A stretch of 64,000 bases of DNA. Origin: Eledone cirrhosa (Eukaryota). Positions 1 through 15,400 of the stretch are shown here, one piece after another (position 1 is the first letter of the stretch; each line of letters starts with the position of its first letter). The notes beneath the pieces are model-generated. The model saw only the letters and a list, made by a program, of their open reading frames with translations. It was not told the origin of the DNA and ran no database searches. A program made the position numbers and the translations under genes. The DNA is taken from NCBI GenBank assembly GCA_964016885.1, contig OZ024740.1, positions 23,002,001 through 23,066,000 of the forward strand, read 5' to 3'.

Positions 1-3000
1 ATGTTATATAAACCAGTGGTAAGTAGATTAAATGATGGTATATAAACCAGTGGTAAGTAGATTCAGTGATGGTATATGAATCAGTGGTAAGTAGATTCAG
101 TGATGGTATATGAACCAGTGGTAAATAGATTCAGTGATGGTATATGAACCAGTGGTAAGTAGATTCAGTGATGGTATATGAACCAGTGGTAAGTAGATTC
201 AGTGATGGTCTATGAACCAGTAGTAAGTAGATTCAGTGATGGTATATGAACCAGTGGTAAGTAGATTCAGTGATGGTATATAAACCAGTGGTAAGTAGAT
301 TCAGTGATGATATATGAACCAGTGGTAAATTGATTCAGTGATGGTATACGAACCAGTAGTAAGTAGATTCAGTGATGGTATATGAACCAGTAGCAAGTAG
401 ATTCAGTGATGGTATATGAACCAGTAGTAAGTAGATTCAGTGATGGTATATGAATCAGTGGTAAGTAGATTCAGTGATGGTATATGAACCAGTGGTAAGT
501 AGATTCAGTGATGGTATATGAACCAGTAGTAAGTGGATTCAGTGATGGTATATGAACCAGTGGTAAGTAGATTCAGTGATGGTATATAAACCAGTGGTAA
601 GTAGATTCAGTGATGGTATATGAACCAGTGCTAAATAGATTCAGTGATGATGTATGAATCAGTGGTAAGTAGATTCAGTGATGGTATATGAACCAGTAGT
701 AAGTAGATTCAGTGATGGTATATGAACCAGTGGTAAGTAGATTCAGTGATGGTATATAAACAAGTGGTAAGTAGATTCAGTGATTGTATATGAACAAGTA
801 GTAAGTAGATTCAGTGATGGTATATAAACCAGTGGTATGTAGATTCAGTGATGGTATATGAATGAGTGGTAAATATATTCAGTTATGGTATATAAACCAG
901 TGGGAAGTAGATTCAGTGATGGCATATGAACCAGTGGTAAGTAGATTCAGTGATGGTATATGAACCACTGGTAAGTAGATTCTGTGATGGCATATGAACC
1001 AGTGGTAAATAGATTCAGTGATGGTATATAAACCAGTGGTAAGTAGATTCAGTGATGATATATGAATCAGTGGTAAGTGGATTCAATAATGGTATATGAA
1101 CCAGTGGTAAGTTGATTCAGTGATGGTATATAAACCAGTGGAAAGTAGATTCAGTAATGGTATATAAACCAGTGGTAAGCAGATTCAGTGATGGTATATG
1201 AACCAGTGGTAAGTAGATTCAGTGATGGTATATGAACCAGTGGTAAGTAGATTCAGTGATGGTATATGAACCAGTGGTAAGTAGATTCAGTGAAGGTATA
1301 TAGACCACTAGTAAGTAGATTCGTTGATGGTATATAACCAGTGGTAAGTAGATTTAGTGATGGTATATAAACCAGTAGTAAGTAGATTCAGTGATGGTAT
1401 ATAAACCAGTAGTAAGTAGATTCAGTGATGGTATATGAACCAGTGGTAAGTAAATTGAGTGATGGTATATAAACCAGTGGTAAGTAGATTCAGTGATGGT
1501 ATATGAACCAATGGTAAGTAGATTCAGTGATGGTATATGAACCAGTGGTAAGTATAGTCAGTGATGGTATATGAACCAGTGGTAAATAGATTCAGTGATG
1601 GTATATGAACCAGTGGTAAGTAGATTCAGTGATAGTATATGAACCAGTGGTAAGTAGACTCATTGATGGTATATGAACCAGTGGAATGTAGATTCAGTGA
1701 TGGTATATGAACCAGTGGTAAGTAGATTCAGTGATGGTATATGAACCAGTAGTAAGTAGATTCAGTGCTGATATATGAATCAGTGGTATGTAGATTCAGT
1801 GATGGTATATGAACCAGTTGTAATTAGATGCAGTGATGGTATATAAATCAGTGTTAAGTAGATTCAGTGATGGTAAATGAACCAGTGGTAAGTATATTCA
1901 GTGATGGTATATGAACCAGTGGTAAGTAGATTCAGTGACGGTATATGAATCAGTGGTAAGTAGATTCAGTGATGGTATATGAACCAGTGGTAAGTAGATT
2001 CAGTGGTGGTATATAAACCAGTGGTAAGTAGATTCAGTGATGGTATATGAACCAGTTGTAATTAGATTCAGTGATGGTATATAAACCAGTGGTAAGTAGA
2101 TTCAGTGATGGTATATGAACCAGTGGTAAGTAGATTCAGTGATGGTATATAAACCAGTGGTAAATATATTCAGTGATGTTATATAAACCAGTGGTAAGTA
2201 GATTAAATGATGGTATATAAACCAGTGGTAAGTAGATTCAGTGATGGTATATGAATCAGTGGTAAGTAGATTCAGTGATGGTATATGAACCAGTGGTAAA
2301 TAGATTCAGTGATGGTATATGAACCAGTGATAAGTAGATTCAGTGATGGTATATGAACCAGTGGTAAGTAGATTCAGTGATGGTATATGAACCAGTAGTA
2401 AGTAGATTCAGTGATGGTATATGAACCAGTGGTAAGTAGATTCAGTGATGGTATATAAACCAGTGGTAAGTAGATTCAGTGATGATATATGAACCAGTGG
2501 TAAATAGATTCAGTGATGGTATACGAACCAGTAGTAAGTAGATTCAGTGATGGTATATGAACCAGTAGCAAGTAGATTCAGTGATGGTATATGAACCAGT
2601 AGTAAGTAGATTCAGTGATGGTATATGAACCAGTGGTAAGTAGATTCAGTGATGGTATATAAACCAGTGGTAAGTAGATTCAGTGATGGTATATGAACCA
2701 TTGGTAAGCAGATTCAGTGATGGTATATGAACCAGTGTAAGTAGATTCAGTGATGGTATATGAACCAGTAGTAAGTAGATTCAGTGATGGTATATGAATC
2801 AGTGGTAAGTAGATTCAGTGATGGTATATGAACCAGTAGTAAGTGGATTCAGTGATGGTATATGAACCAGTGGTAAGTAGATTCAGTGATGGTATATAAA
2901 CCAGTGGTAAGTAGATTCAGTGATGGTATATGAACCAGTGCTAAATAGATTCAGTGATGATGTATGAATCAGTGGTAAGTAGATTCAGTGATGGTATATG

Positions 3001-6000
3001 AACCAGTAGTAAGTAGATTCAGTGATGGTATATGAACCAGTGGTAAGTAGATTCAGTGATGGTATATAAACAAGTGGTAAGTAGATTCAGTGATTGTATA
3101 TGAACAAGTAGTAAGTAGATCCAGTGATGGTATATAAACCAGTGGTAAGTAGATTCGGTGATGGTATATGAATGAGTGGTAAATATATTCAGTTATGGTA
3201 TATAAACCATTGGGAAGTAGATTCAGTGATGGCATATGAACCAGTGGTAAGTAGATTCAGTGATGGTATATGAACCACTGGTAAGTAGATTCTGTGATGG
3301 CATATGAACCAGTGGTAAATAGATTCAGTGATGGTATATAAACCAGTGGTAAGTAGATTCAGTGATGATATATGAATCAGTGGTAAGTGGATTCAGTAAT
3401 GGTATATGAACCAGTGGTAAGTTGATTCAGTGATGGTATATAAACCAGTGGAAAGTAGATTCAGTAATGGTATATAAACCAGTGGTAAGCAGATTCAGTG
3501 ATGGTATATGAACCAGTGGTAAGTAGATTCAGTGATGGTATATGAACCAGTGGTAAGTAGATTCAGTGATGGTATATGAACCAGTGGTAAGTAGATTCAG
3601 TGAAGGTATATAGACCACTAGTCAGTAGATTCGTTGATGGTATATAACCAGTGGTAAGTAGATTTAGTGATGGTATATAAACCAGTAGTAAGTAGATTCA
3701 GTGATGGTATATAAACCAGTAGTAAGTAGATTCAGTAATGGTATATGAACCAGTGGTAAGTAAATTGAGTGATGGTATATAAACCAGTGGTAAGTAGATT
3801 CAGTGATGGTATATGAACCAGTGGTAAGTAGATTCAGTGATGGTATATGAACCAGTGGTAAGTATAGTCAGTGATGGTATATGAACCAGTGGTAAATAGA
3901 TTCAGTGATGGTATATGAACCAGTGGTAAGTAGATTCAGTGATAGTATATGAACCAGTGGTAAGTAGACTCATTGATGGTATATGAACCAGTGGAATGTA
4001 GATTCAGTGATGGTATATGAACCAGTGGTAAGTAGATTCAGTGATGGTATATGAACCAGTAGTAAGTAGATTCAGTGCTGATATATGAATCAGTGGTATG
4101 TAGATTCAGTGATGGTATATGAACCAGTTGTAATTAGATGCAGTGATGGTATATAAATCAGTGTTAAGTAGATTCAGTGATGGTAAATGAACCAGTGGTA
4201 AGTATATTCAGTGATGGTATATGAACCAGTGGTAAGTAGATTCAGTGATGGTATATGAACCAGTGGTAAGTAGATTCAGTGATGGTATATGAACCAGTGG
4301 TAAGTAGATTCAGTGGTGGTATATAAACCAGTGGTAAGTAGATTCAGTGATGGTATATGAACCAGTTGTAATTAGATTCAGTGATGGTATATAAACCAGT
4401 GGTAAGTAGATTCAGTGATGGTATATGAACCAGTGGTAAGTAGATTCAGTGATGGTATATGAACCAGTGGTAAGTAGATTCAGTGATGGTATATGAACCA
4501 GTGGTAAGTATATTCAGTGATGGTATATGAACCAGTGGTAAATAGATTCAGTGATGGTATATGAACCAGTGGTAAGTAGATTCAGTGATAGTATATGAAC
4601 CAGTGGTAAGTAGATTCAGTGATGGTATATGAACCAGTGGAATGTAGATTCAGTGATGGTATATGAACCAGTTGTCAGCAGATTCAGTGATGGTATATGA
4701 ACCAGTGGTAAGTAGATTCAGTGATGGTATATAAACCACTGATAAGTAGATTTAGTTATAGTATATTAACCAGTGCTAAGTAGATCCAGCGATAGTATAT
4801 GAACCAGTGGTAAATAGATTCAGTGATGGTATATTACCCAGTGATAAGTAGATTCATTGATGGTATATTAACCAGTGGTAAGTAGATTCAGTGAAGGTAT
4901 ATTAACCAGTGGTAAGTAGATTCAGTGATGGTATATAAACCAGTAGTAAGTAGATCCAGTGATGTTATATGAACCAGTGGTAAGTAGATTCAGTGATGGT
5001 ATATGAACCAGTAGTAACTAGATTCAGTGATGGTATATGAACCAGTGGTAAGTAAATTCAGTGATGGTATATGAACCAGTAGTAAGTAGATTCAGTGATG
5101 GTATATAAACCAGTGGTAAATAGATTCAGTGATGGTATATAAACCAGTGGTAAGTAGATTCAGTGATTGTATATGAATCAGTGGTAAGTAGATTCAGTGA
5201 TGGTACATGAACCAGTGGTAAATAGATTCAGTGATGGTATGTGAACCAGTGGTAAGTAGATTCAGTGATGGTATGTGAACCAGTGGTAAGTAGATTCAGT
5301 GATGGTATAATAACAAGTGGCACGTAGATTCAGTGATGGTATATAACCCATTGGTAAGTAGATTCAGTGATGATATATGAACCAGTGGTAAATAGATTCA
5401 GTGATGGTATACGAACCAGTAGTAAGTAGATTCAGTGATGGTATATGAACCAGTAGCAAGTAGATTCAGTGATGGTATATGAACCAGTAGTAAGTAGATT
5501 CAGTGATGGTATATGAACCAGCAATAAGTAGATTCAGTGATGGTATATAAACCAGTGGTAAGTAGATTCAGTGATGGTATATAAACCAGTAGTAAGTAGA
5601 TTCAGTGATGGTATATGAACCAGTGGTAAGTAGATTCAGTGATGGTATATAAACCAGTGGTAAGTAGACTCAGTGATGGTATATGAACCATTGGTAAACA
5701 GATTCAGTGATGGTATATGAACCAGTGTAAGTAGATTCAGTGATGGTATATGAACCAGTAGTAAGTAGATTCAGTGATGGTATATGAATCAGTGGTAAGT
5801 AGATTCAGTGATGGTATATGAACCAGTAGTAAGTAGATTCAGTGATGGTATATGAACCAGTGGTAAGTAGATTCAGTGATGGTATATAAACCAGTGGTAA
5901 GTAGATTCAGTGATGGTATATGCACCAGTGCTAAATAGATTCAGTGATGATATATGAATCAGTGGTAAGTAGATTCAGTGATGGTCTATGAACCAGTAGT

Positions 6001-9000
6001 AAGTAGATTCAGTGATGGTATATGAACCAGTCGTAACTAGATTCAGTGATGGTATATAAACCAGTGGTAAGTAGATTCAGTGATGGTATATGAACAAGTA
6101 GTAAGTAGATTCAGTGATGGTATATAAACCAGTGGTAAGTAGATTCAGTGATGGTATATGAATGAGTGGTAAATATATTCAGTTATGGTATATACACCAG
6201 TGGTAAGTAGATTCAGTGATGGCATATGAACCAGTGGTAAGTAGATTCAGTGATGGTATATAAACCAGTGGTAAGTAGATTCTGTGATGGGATATGAACC
6301 AGTGGTAAATAGATTCAGTGATGGTATATAAACCAGTGGTAAGTAGATTCAGTGATGGTATATGAATCAGTGGTAAGTGGATTCAGTAATGGTATATGAA
6401 CCAGTGGTAAGTTGATTCAGTGATGGTATATAAACCAGTGGAAAGTAGATTCAGTAATGGTATATAAACCAGTGGTAAGCAGATTCAGTGATGGTATATG
6501 AACCAGTGGTAAGTAGATTCAGTGATGGTATATGAACCAGTGGTAAGTAGATTCAGTGATGGTATATGAACCAGTGGTAAGTAGATTCAGTGAAGGTATA
6601 TAGACCACTAGTAAGTAGATTCGTTGATGGTATATAACCAGTGGTAAGTAGATTTAGTGATGGTATATAAACCAGTAGTAAGTAGATTCAGTGATGGTAT
6701 ATGAACCAGTGGTAAGTAAATTGAGTGATGGTATATAAACCAGTGGTAAGTAGATTCAGTGATGGTATATGAACCAGTGGTAAGTAGATTCAGTGATGGT
6801 ATATGAACCAGTGGTAAATAGATTCAGTGATGACATATGAACCAGTGGTATGTAGATTCAGTGATGGTATATAAATCGGTGGTAAGTATATTCAGTGATG
6901 GTATATGAACCAGTGGTAAGTAGATTCAGTGATGGTATATGAACCAGTGGTAAGTAGATTCAGTGATGGTATATGAACCAGTAGTAACTAGATTCTGTGA
7001 TGGTATATGAACCAGTGGTAAGTATAGTCCATGATGGTATATGAACCAGTGGTAAATAGATTCAGTGATGGTATATTAACCAGTAGTAAGTAGATTCAGT
7101 GATGGTATATGAACCAGTGGTAAATAGATTCAGTGATGGTATGTGAACCAGTAGTAAGTAGATTCAGTGATGGTATATGAACCAGTAGTAAGTAGATTCA
7201 GTGCTGATATATGAATCAGTGGTAAGTAGATTCAGTGATGGTATATAAACCAGTAGTAAGTAGATTCAGTAATGGTATATAAACCAGTGGTAAGTAGATT
7301 CAGTGATGGTATATGAACCAGTGGTAAGTAGATTCAGTGATGGTATATAAACCACTGGTAAGTAGATTCAGTGATGCTATATGAACCAGTTGTAATTAGA
7401 TTCAGTGATTGTATATAAACCAGTGGTAAGTAGATTCAGTGATGGTATATGAACCAGTGGTAAATAGATACAGTGATGGTATATGAACCAGTGGTAAGTA
7501 GATTCAGTGATGGTATATGAACCAGTAGTAAGTAGATTCAGTGAAGGTGTATAAACCAGTGGTAAGTAGATTCAGTGATGGTATATGAACCAGTGGTAAG
7601 TAGATTCAGTGATGGTATATGAACCAGTCGTAAGTAGATTCAGTGATGGTATATGAACCAGTAGTAAGTAGATACAGTGATGGTATATGAACCAGTGGTA
7701 AGTAGATTCAGTGATGGTATATGAACCAGTGGTAAATAGATTCAGTGATGTTATATTAACCAGTGCTAAGTAGATTCAGTGATGGTATATGAATTAGTGG
7801 TAAGTAGATTCATTGATGGTATATGAACCAGTGGTAAGTAAATTCAGTGATGGTATATGAACCAGTTGTCAGTAGATTCAGTGATGATATATAAACCACT
7901 GATAAGTAGATTTAGTTATAGTATATTAACCAGTGCTAAGTAGATCCAGCGATAGTATATGAACCAGTGGTAAATAGATTCAGTGATGGTATATTACCCA
8001 GTGATAAGTAGATTCATTGATGGTATATTAACCAGTGGTAAGTAGATTCAGTGAAGGTATATTAACCAGTGGTAAGTAGATTCAGTGATGGTATATAAAC
8101 CAGTAGTAACTAGATCCAGTGATGGTATATGAACCAGTGGTAAGTAAATTCAGTGATGGTATATGAACCAGTAGTAAGTAGATTCATTGATGGTATATAA
8201 ACCAGTGGTAAATAGATTCAGTGATGGTATATAAACCAGTGGTAAGTAGATTAAATGATGGTATATAAACCAGTGGTAAGTAGATTCAGTGATGGTATAT
8301 GAATCAGTGGTAAATAGATTCAGTGATGGTACATGAACCAGTGGTAAATAGATTCAGTGATAGTATGTGAACCAGTGGTAAGTAGATTCAGTGATGGTAT
8401 GTGAAACAGTGATAAGTAGATACAGTGATGGTATAATAACAAGTGGCAAGTAGATTCTGTGATGGTATATAACCCATTGGTAAGTAGATTCAGTGATGGT
8501 ATATGAACCAGTAGTAAGTAGAATCAGTGATGGTATATAAACCAGTGGTAAGTAGATTCAGTGATGGTATATGAACCAGTAGCAAGTAGATTCAGTGATG
8601 GTATATGAACCAGTAGTAAGTAGATTCAGTGATGATATATGAACCAGCAATAAGTAGATTCAGTGATGGTATATAAACCAGTGGTAAGTAGATTCAGTGA
8701 TGGTATATAAACCAGTAGTAAGTAGATTCAGTGATGGTATATGAACAAGTGGTAAGTAGATTCAGTGATGGTATATAAACCAGTGGTAAGTAGATTCAGT
8801 GATGGTATATGTACAAGTAGTAAGTAGATTCAGTGATGGTATATAAACCAGTGGAAAGTAGATTCAGTAATGGTATATAAACCAGTGGTAAGCAGATTCA
8901 GTGATGGTATATGAACCAGTGGTAAGTAGATTCAGTGATGGTATATTAACCAGTGGTAAGTAGATTCAGTGATGGTATATGAACCAGTGGTAAGTAGATT

Positions 9001-10430
9001 CAGTGAAGGTATATAGACCACTAGTAAGTAGATTCGTTGATGGTATATAACCAGTGGTAAGTAGATTTAGTGATGGTATATAAACCAGTAGTAAGTAGAT
9101 TCAGTGATGGTATATGAACCAGTGGTAAGTAAATTGAGTGATGGTATATAAACCAGTGGTAAGTAGATTCAGTGATGGTATATGAACCAGTGGTAAGTAG
9201 ATTCAGTGATGGTATATGAACCAGTGGTAAATAGATTCAGTGATGGCATATGAACCAGTGGTATGTAGATTCAGTGATGGTATATACATCAGTGGTAAGT
9301 ATATTCAGTGATGGTATATGAACCAGTGGTAAGTAGATTCAGTGATGGTATATGAACCAGTGGTAAGTAGATTCAGTGATGGTATATGAACCAGTAGTAA
9401 CTAGATTCAGTGATGGTATATGAACCAGTGGTAAGTATAGTCCATGATGGTATATGAACCAGTGGTAAATAGATTCAGTGATGGTATATTAACCAGTAGT
9501 AAGTAGATTCAGTGATGGTATATGAACCAGTGGTAAATAGATTCAGTGATGGTATGTGAACCAGTAGTAAGTAGATTCAGTGATGGTATATGAACCAGTA
9601 GTAAGTAGATTCAGTGCTGATATATGAATCAGTGGTAAGTAGATTCAGTGATGGTATATAAACCAGTAGTAAGTAGATTCAGTAATGGTATATAAACCAG
9701 TGGTAGGTAGATTCAGTGATGGTATATGAACCAGTGGTCAGTAGATTCAGTGATGGTATATAAACCAGTGGTAAGTAGATTCAGTGATGGTATATGAACC
9801 AGTTGTAATTAGATTCAGTGATGGTATATAAACCAGTGGTAAGTAGATTCACTGATGGTATATGAACCAGTGGTAAATAGATACAGTGATGGTATATGAA
9901 CCAGTGGTAAGTAGATTCAGTGATGGTATATGAACCAGTAGTAAGTAGATTCAGTGAAGGTATATAAACCAGTGGTAAGTAGATTCAGTGATGGTATATG
10001 AACCAGTGGTAAGTAGATACAGTGATGGTATATGAACCAGTGGTAAGTAGATTCAGTGATGGTATATGAACCAGTGGTAAATAGATTCAGTGATGTTATA
10101 TTAACCAGTGCTAAGTAGATTCAGTGATGGTATATGAATTAGTGGTAAGTAGATTCATTGATGGTATATGAACCAGTGGTAAGTAAATTCAGTGATGGTA
10201 TATGAACCAGTTGTTAGTAGATACAGTGATGATATATAAACCACTGATAAGTAGATTTAGTTATCGTATATTAACCAGTACTAAGTAGATCCAGCGATAG
10301 TATATGAACCAGTGGTAAATAGATTCAGTGATGGTATATTACCCAGTGATAAGTAGATTCATTGATGGTATATTAACCAGTGGTAAGTAGATTCAGTGAA
10401 GGTATATTAACCAGTGGTAAGTAGATTCAG
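1..10430 (+). repeat. Higher-order block duplicated at 37412-~47840 (offset 37,411 bp)
   Basis: Constant offset for rare variants: ATGTTATA 1/37412, C of GGTCTATG 210/37621, identical ORF 3053/40464, TTATCG 10261/47672. Confidence 0.93.
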
Positions 10431-12439
10431 TGATGATATATGAATCAGTGGTAAGTAGATTCAGTGATGGTACATGAACCAGTGGTAAATAGATTCAGTG
10501 ATGGTATGTGAACCAGTGGTAAGTAGATTCAGTGATGGTATGTGAACCAGTGGTAAGTAGATTCAGTGATGGTATAATAACAAGTGGCACGTAGATTCAG
10601 TGATGGTATATGAACAAGTAGTAAGTAGATTCAGTGATGGTATATAAACCAGTGGTAAGTAGATTCAGTGATGGTATATGAACCAGTGGTAAGTTGATTC
10701 AGTGATGGTATATAAACCAGTGGAAAGTAGATTCAGTAATGGTATATAAACCAGTGGTAAGCAGATTCAGTGATGGTATATGAACCAGTGGTAAGTAGAT
10801 TCAGTGATGGTATATAAACCAGTAGTAAGTAGATTCAGTGATGGTATATAAACCAGTGGTAAGTAGATTCAGTGATGGTATATAAACCAGTGGTAAGTAG
10901 ATTCAGCGATGGTATATGAATGAGTGGTAAATAAATTCAGTTATGGTATATAAACCAGTGGTAAGTAGATTCAGTGATGGTATATGAACCAGTGGTAAGT
11001 AGATTCAGTGATGGTATATAAAACAGTGGTAAGTAGATTCAGTGAAGGTATATAAACCAGTGGTAAATAGATTCAGTGATGGTATATAAACCAGTGGTAA
11101 GTAGATTCAGTGATGGTATATGAATCAGTGGTAAGTAGATTCAGTAATGGTATATGAACCAGTGGTAAGTAGATTCAGTGATGGTATATAAACCAGTGGA
11201 AAGTAGATTCAGTGATGGTATATGAACAAGTAGTAAGTAGATTCAGTGATGGTATATAAACCAGTGGTAAGTAGATTCAGTGATGGTATATGAATGAGTG
11301 GTAAATATATTCAGTTATGGTATATAAACCAGTGGTAAGTAGATTCAGTGATGGCATATGAACCAGTAGTAAGTAGATTCAGTTATGGTATATAAAACAG
11401 TGGTAAGTAGATTCAGTGATAGTATATAAACCAGTGGTAAGTAGATTCAGTGATGGCATATGAACCAGTGGTAAGTAGATTCAGTGATGGTATATGAATC
11501 AGTGGTAAGTAGATTCAGTAATGGTATATGAACCAGTGGTAAGTTGATTCAGTGATGGTATATAAACCAGTGGAAAGTAGATTCAGTGATGGTATATGAA
11601 CCAGTGGTAAGTAGATTCAGTGATGGTATATGAACCAGTGGTAAGTAGATTCAGTGATGGTATATGGACCAGTGGAAAGTAATTCAGTGATGGTATATGA
11701 ATCAGTGGTAAGTAGATTCAGTGATGGTATATAGACCACTAGTAAGTAGATTCGGTGATGGTATATAAACCAGTGGTAAGTAGATTCAGTGATGGTATAT
11801 GAACCAGTGGAAAGTAGATTCAGTGATAGTATATGAACCAGTGGTAAGTGGATTCAGTGATGGTATATGAACCAGTGGTAAGTAGATTCAGTGATGGTAT
11901 ATAAACCATTGGTAAGTAGATTTAGTGATGGTATATAAACCAGTAGTAAGTAGATTCAGTGATGGTATATGAACCAGTGGAAAGTAGATTCAGTGATAGT
12001 ATATGAATCAGTGGTAAGTGGATTCAGTGATGGTATATGAACCAGTGGTAAGTAGATTCAGTGATGGTATATGAACCAGTGGTAAGTAGATTCAGTGATA
12101 GTATATGAACCAGTGGTAAGTAGATTCAGTGATGGTATATGAACCAGTGGTAAGTAGATTCAGTGATGGTATATGAACCAGTGGTAAGTAGATTCAGTGA
12201 TGGTATATGAACCAGTGGTAAGTAGATTCAGTGACGGTATGTGAACCAGTAGTAAGTAGAATCAGTGATGGTATATGAACCAGTAGTAAGTAGATTCAGT
12301 GATGATATATGAATCAGTGGTAAGTAGATTCAGTGATGGTATATGAACCAGTAGTAAGTAGATTCAGTGATGTTATATAAACCAGTGGTAAGTAGATTCA
12401 GTGATGGTATATGAACCAGTGTTAAATAGATTCAGTGAT

Positions 12440-15400
12440 GGTATATGAACCAGTGGTAAGTAGATTCAGTGATGGTATATGAACCAGTAGTAAGTAGATT
12501 CAGTGAAGGTATATAAACCAGTGGTAAGTAGATTCAGTGATGGTATATGAACCAGTGGTAAGTAGATTCAGTGATGGTATATGAACCAGTGGTAAGTAGA
12601 TTCAGTGATGGTATATGAACCAGTGGTTAATAGATTCAGTGATGTTATATTAACCAGTGCTAAGTAGATTCAGTGATGGTATATGAATTAGTGGTAAGTA
12701 GATTCAGTGATGGTATATTAACCAGTGGTAAGTAGATTCAGTGATGGTATATGAACCCGTTGTAAGTAGATTCAGTGATGATAAATAAACCAGTGGTAAG
12801 TAGATTTAGTGATGGTATATTAACCAGTGTTAAGTAGATCCAGCGATAGTATATGAACCAGTGGTAAATAGATTCAGTGATGGTATATGAACCAGTGCTA
12901 AGTAGATTCAGTGAAGGTATATTAACCAGTGGTAAGTAGATTCAGTGATGGTATATTAACCAGTGGTAAGTAGATTCAGTGACGGTATATAAACCAGTGT
13001 TAAGTAGATTCAGTGATGGTATATAAACCAGTGGTAAATAGATTCAGTGATGGTATATACACCAGTGGTAAGTAGATTAAATGATGGTATATAAACCAGT
13101 GGTAAGTAGATTCAGTGATGGTATATAAACCAGTAGTAAGTAGATTCAGTGATGGTATATGGACCAGTGGTAAGTAGATTCAGTGATGGTATATATACCA
13201 GTGGTAAGTAGATTCAGTGATGGTATATGAACCAGTGGTAAGAAGATTCAGTGATGGTATATGAACCAGTGGTAAGTAGATTCAGTGATGGTATATGAAC
13301 CAGTAGTAAGTAGATTCAGTGATGGTATATGAATCAGTGGTAAGTAGATTCAGTGATGGTATATGAACCAGTACTAAGTAGATTCAGTGATGGTATATGA
13401 ACCAGTGGTAAGTAGATTCAGTGATGGTATATGAACCAGTGGTAAGTAAATTTAGTGATGGTATATGAACCAGTAGTAAGTAGATTCAGTGATGTATATG
13501 AACCAGTGGTAAGTAGATTCAGTGATGGTATATAAACCAGTGGTAAGTAGATTCAGTGATGGTATATGAACAAGTAGTAAGTAGATTCAATGATGGTATA
13601 TAAACCAGTGGTAAGTAGATTCAGTGATGGTATATGAATCAGTGGTAAGTAGATTCAGTAATGGTATATGAACCAGTGGTAAGTAGATTCAGTGATGGTA
13701 TATAAACCAGTAGTAACTAGATCCAGTGATGTTATATGAACCAGTAGTAAGTAGATCCAGTGATGGTATATGAACAAGTAGTAAGGAGATTCAGTGATGG
13801 TATATGAACCAGTAGTAACTAGATTCAGTGATGGTATATGAACCAGTGGTAAGTAAATTCAGTGATGGTATATGAACCAGTAGTAAGTAGATTCAGTGTT
13901 GGTATATAAACCAGTGGTAAATATATTCAGTGATGTTATATAAACCAGTGGTAAGTAGATTAAATGATGGTATATAAACCAGTGGTAAGTAGATTCAGTG
14001 ATGGTATATGAATCAGTGGTAAGTAGATTCAGTGATGGTATATGAACCACTGGTAAATAGATTCAGTGATGGTATATGAACCAGTGGTAAGTAGATTCAG
14101 TGATGGTATATGAACCAGTGGTAAGTAGATTCAGTGATGGTATATGAACCAGTAGTAAGTAGATTCAGTGATGGTATATGAACCAGTGGTAAGTAGATTC
14201 AGTGATGGTTTATAAACCAGTGGTAAGTAGATTCAGTGATGGTATACGAACCAGTAGTAAGTAGATTCAGTGATGGTATATGAACCAGTAGTAAGTAGAT
14301 TCAGTGATGGTATATGAACCAGCAATAAGTAGATTCAGTGATGGTATATAAACCAGTGGTAAGTAGATTCAGTGATGGTATATAAACTAGTAGTAAGTAG
14401 ATTCAGTGATGGTATATGAACCAGTGGTAAGTAGATTCAGTGATGGTATATAAACCAGTGGTAAGTAGATTCAGTGATGGTATATGAACCATTGGTAAGC
14501 AGATTCAGTGATGGTATATGAACCAGTGTAAGTAGATTCAGTGATGGTATATGAACCAGTAGTAAGTAGATTCAGTGATGGTATATGAATCAGTGGTAAG
14601 TAGATTCAGTGATGGTATATGAACCAGTAGTAAGTAGATTCAGTGATGGTATATGAACCAGTGGTAAGTAGATTCAGTGATGGTATATAAACCAGTGGTA
14701 AGTAGATTCAGTGATGGTATATGAACCAGTGCTAAATAGATTCAGTGATGATATATGAATCAGTGGTAAGTAGATTCAGTGATGGTATATGAACCAGTAG
14801 TAAGTAGATTCAGTGATGGTATATGAACCAGTGGTAAGTAGATTCAGTGATGGTATATAAACCAGTGGCAAGTAGATTCAGTGATGGTATATGAACAAGT
14901 AGTAAGTAGATTCAGTGATGGTATATAAACCAGTGGTAAGTAGATTCAGTGATGGTATATGAATGAGTGGTAAATATATTCAGTTATGGTATATGAACCA
15001 GTGGTAAGTAGATTCAGTGATGGCATATGAACCATTGGTAAGTAGATTCAGTGATGGTATATAAACCAGTGGTAAGTAGATTCTGCGATGGCATATGAAC
15101 CAGTGGTAAATAGATTCAGTGATGGTATATAAACCAGTGGTAAGTAGATTCAGTGATGGTATATAAATCAGTGGTAAGTGGATTCAGTAATGGTATATGA
15201 ACCAGTGGTAAGTTGATTCAGTGATGGTATATAAACCAGTGGTAAGCAGATTCAGTGATGGTATATGAACCAGTGGTAAGTAGATTCAGTGATGGTATAT
15301 GAACCAGTGGTAAGTAGATTCAGTGATGGTATATGAACCAGTGGTAAGTAGATTCAGTGAAGGTATATAGACCACTAGTAAGTAGATTCGTTGATGGTAT

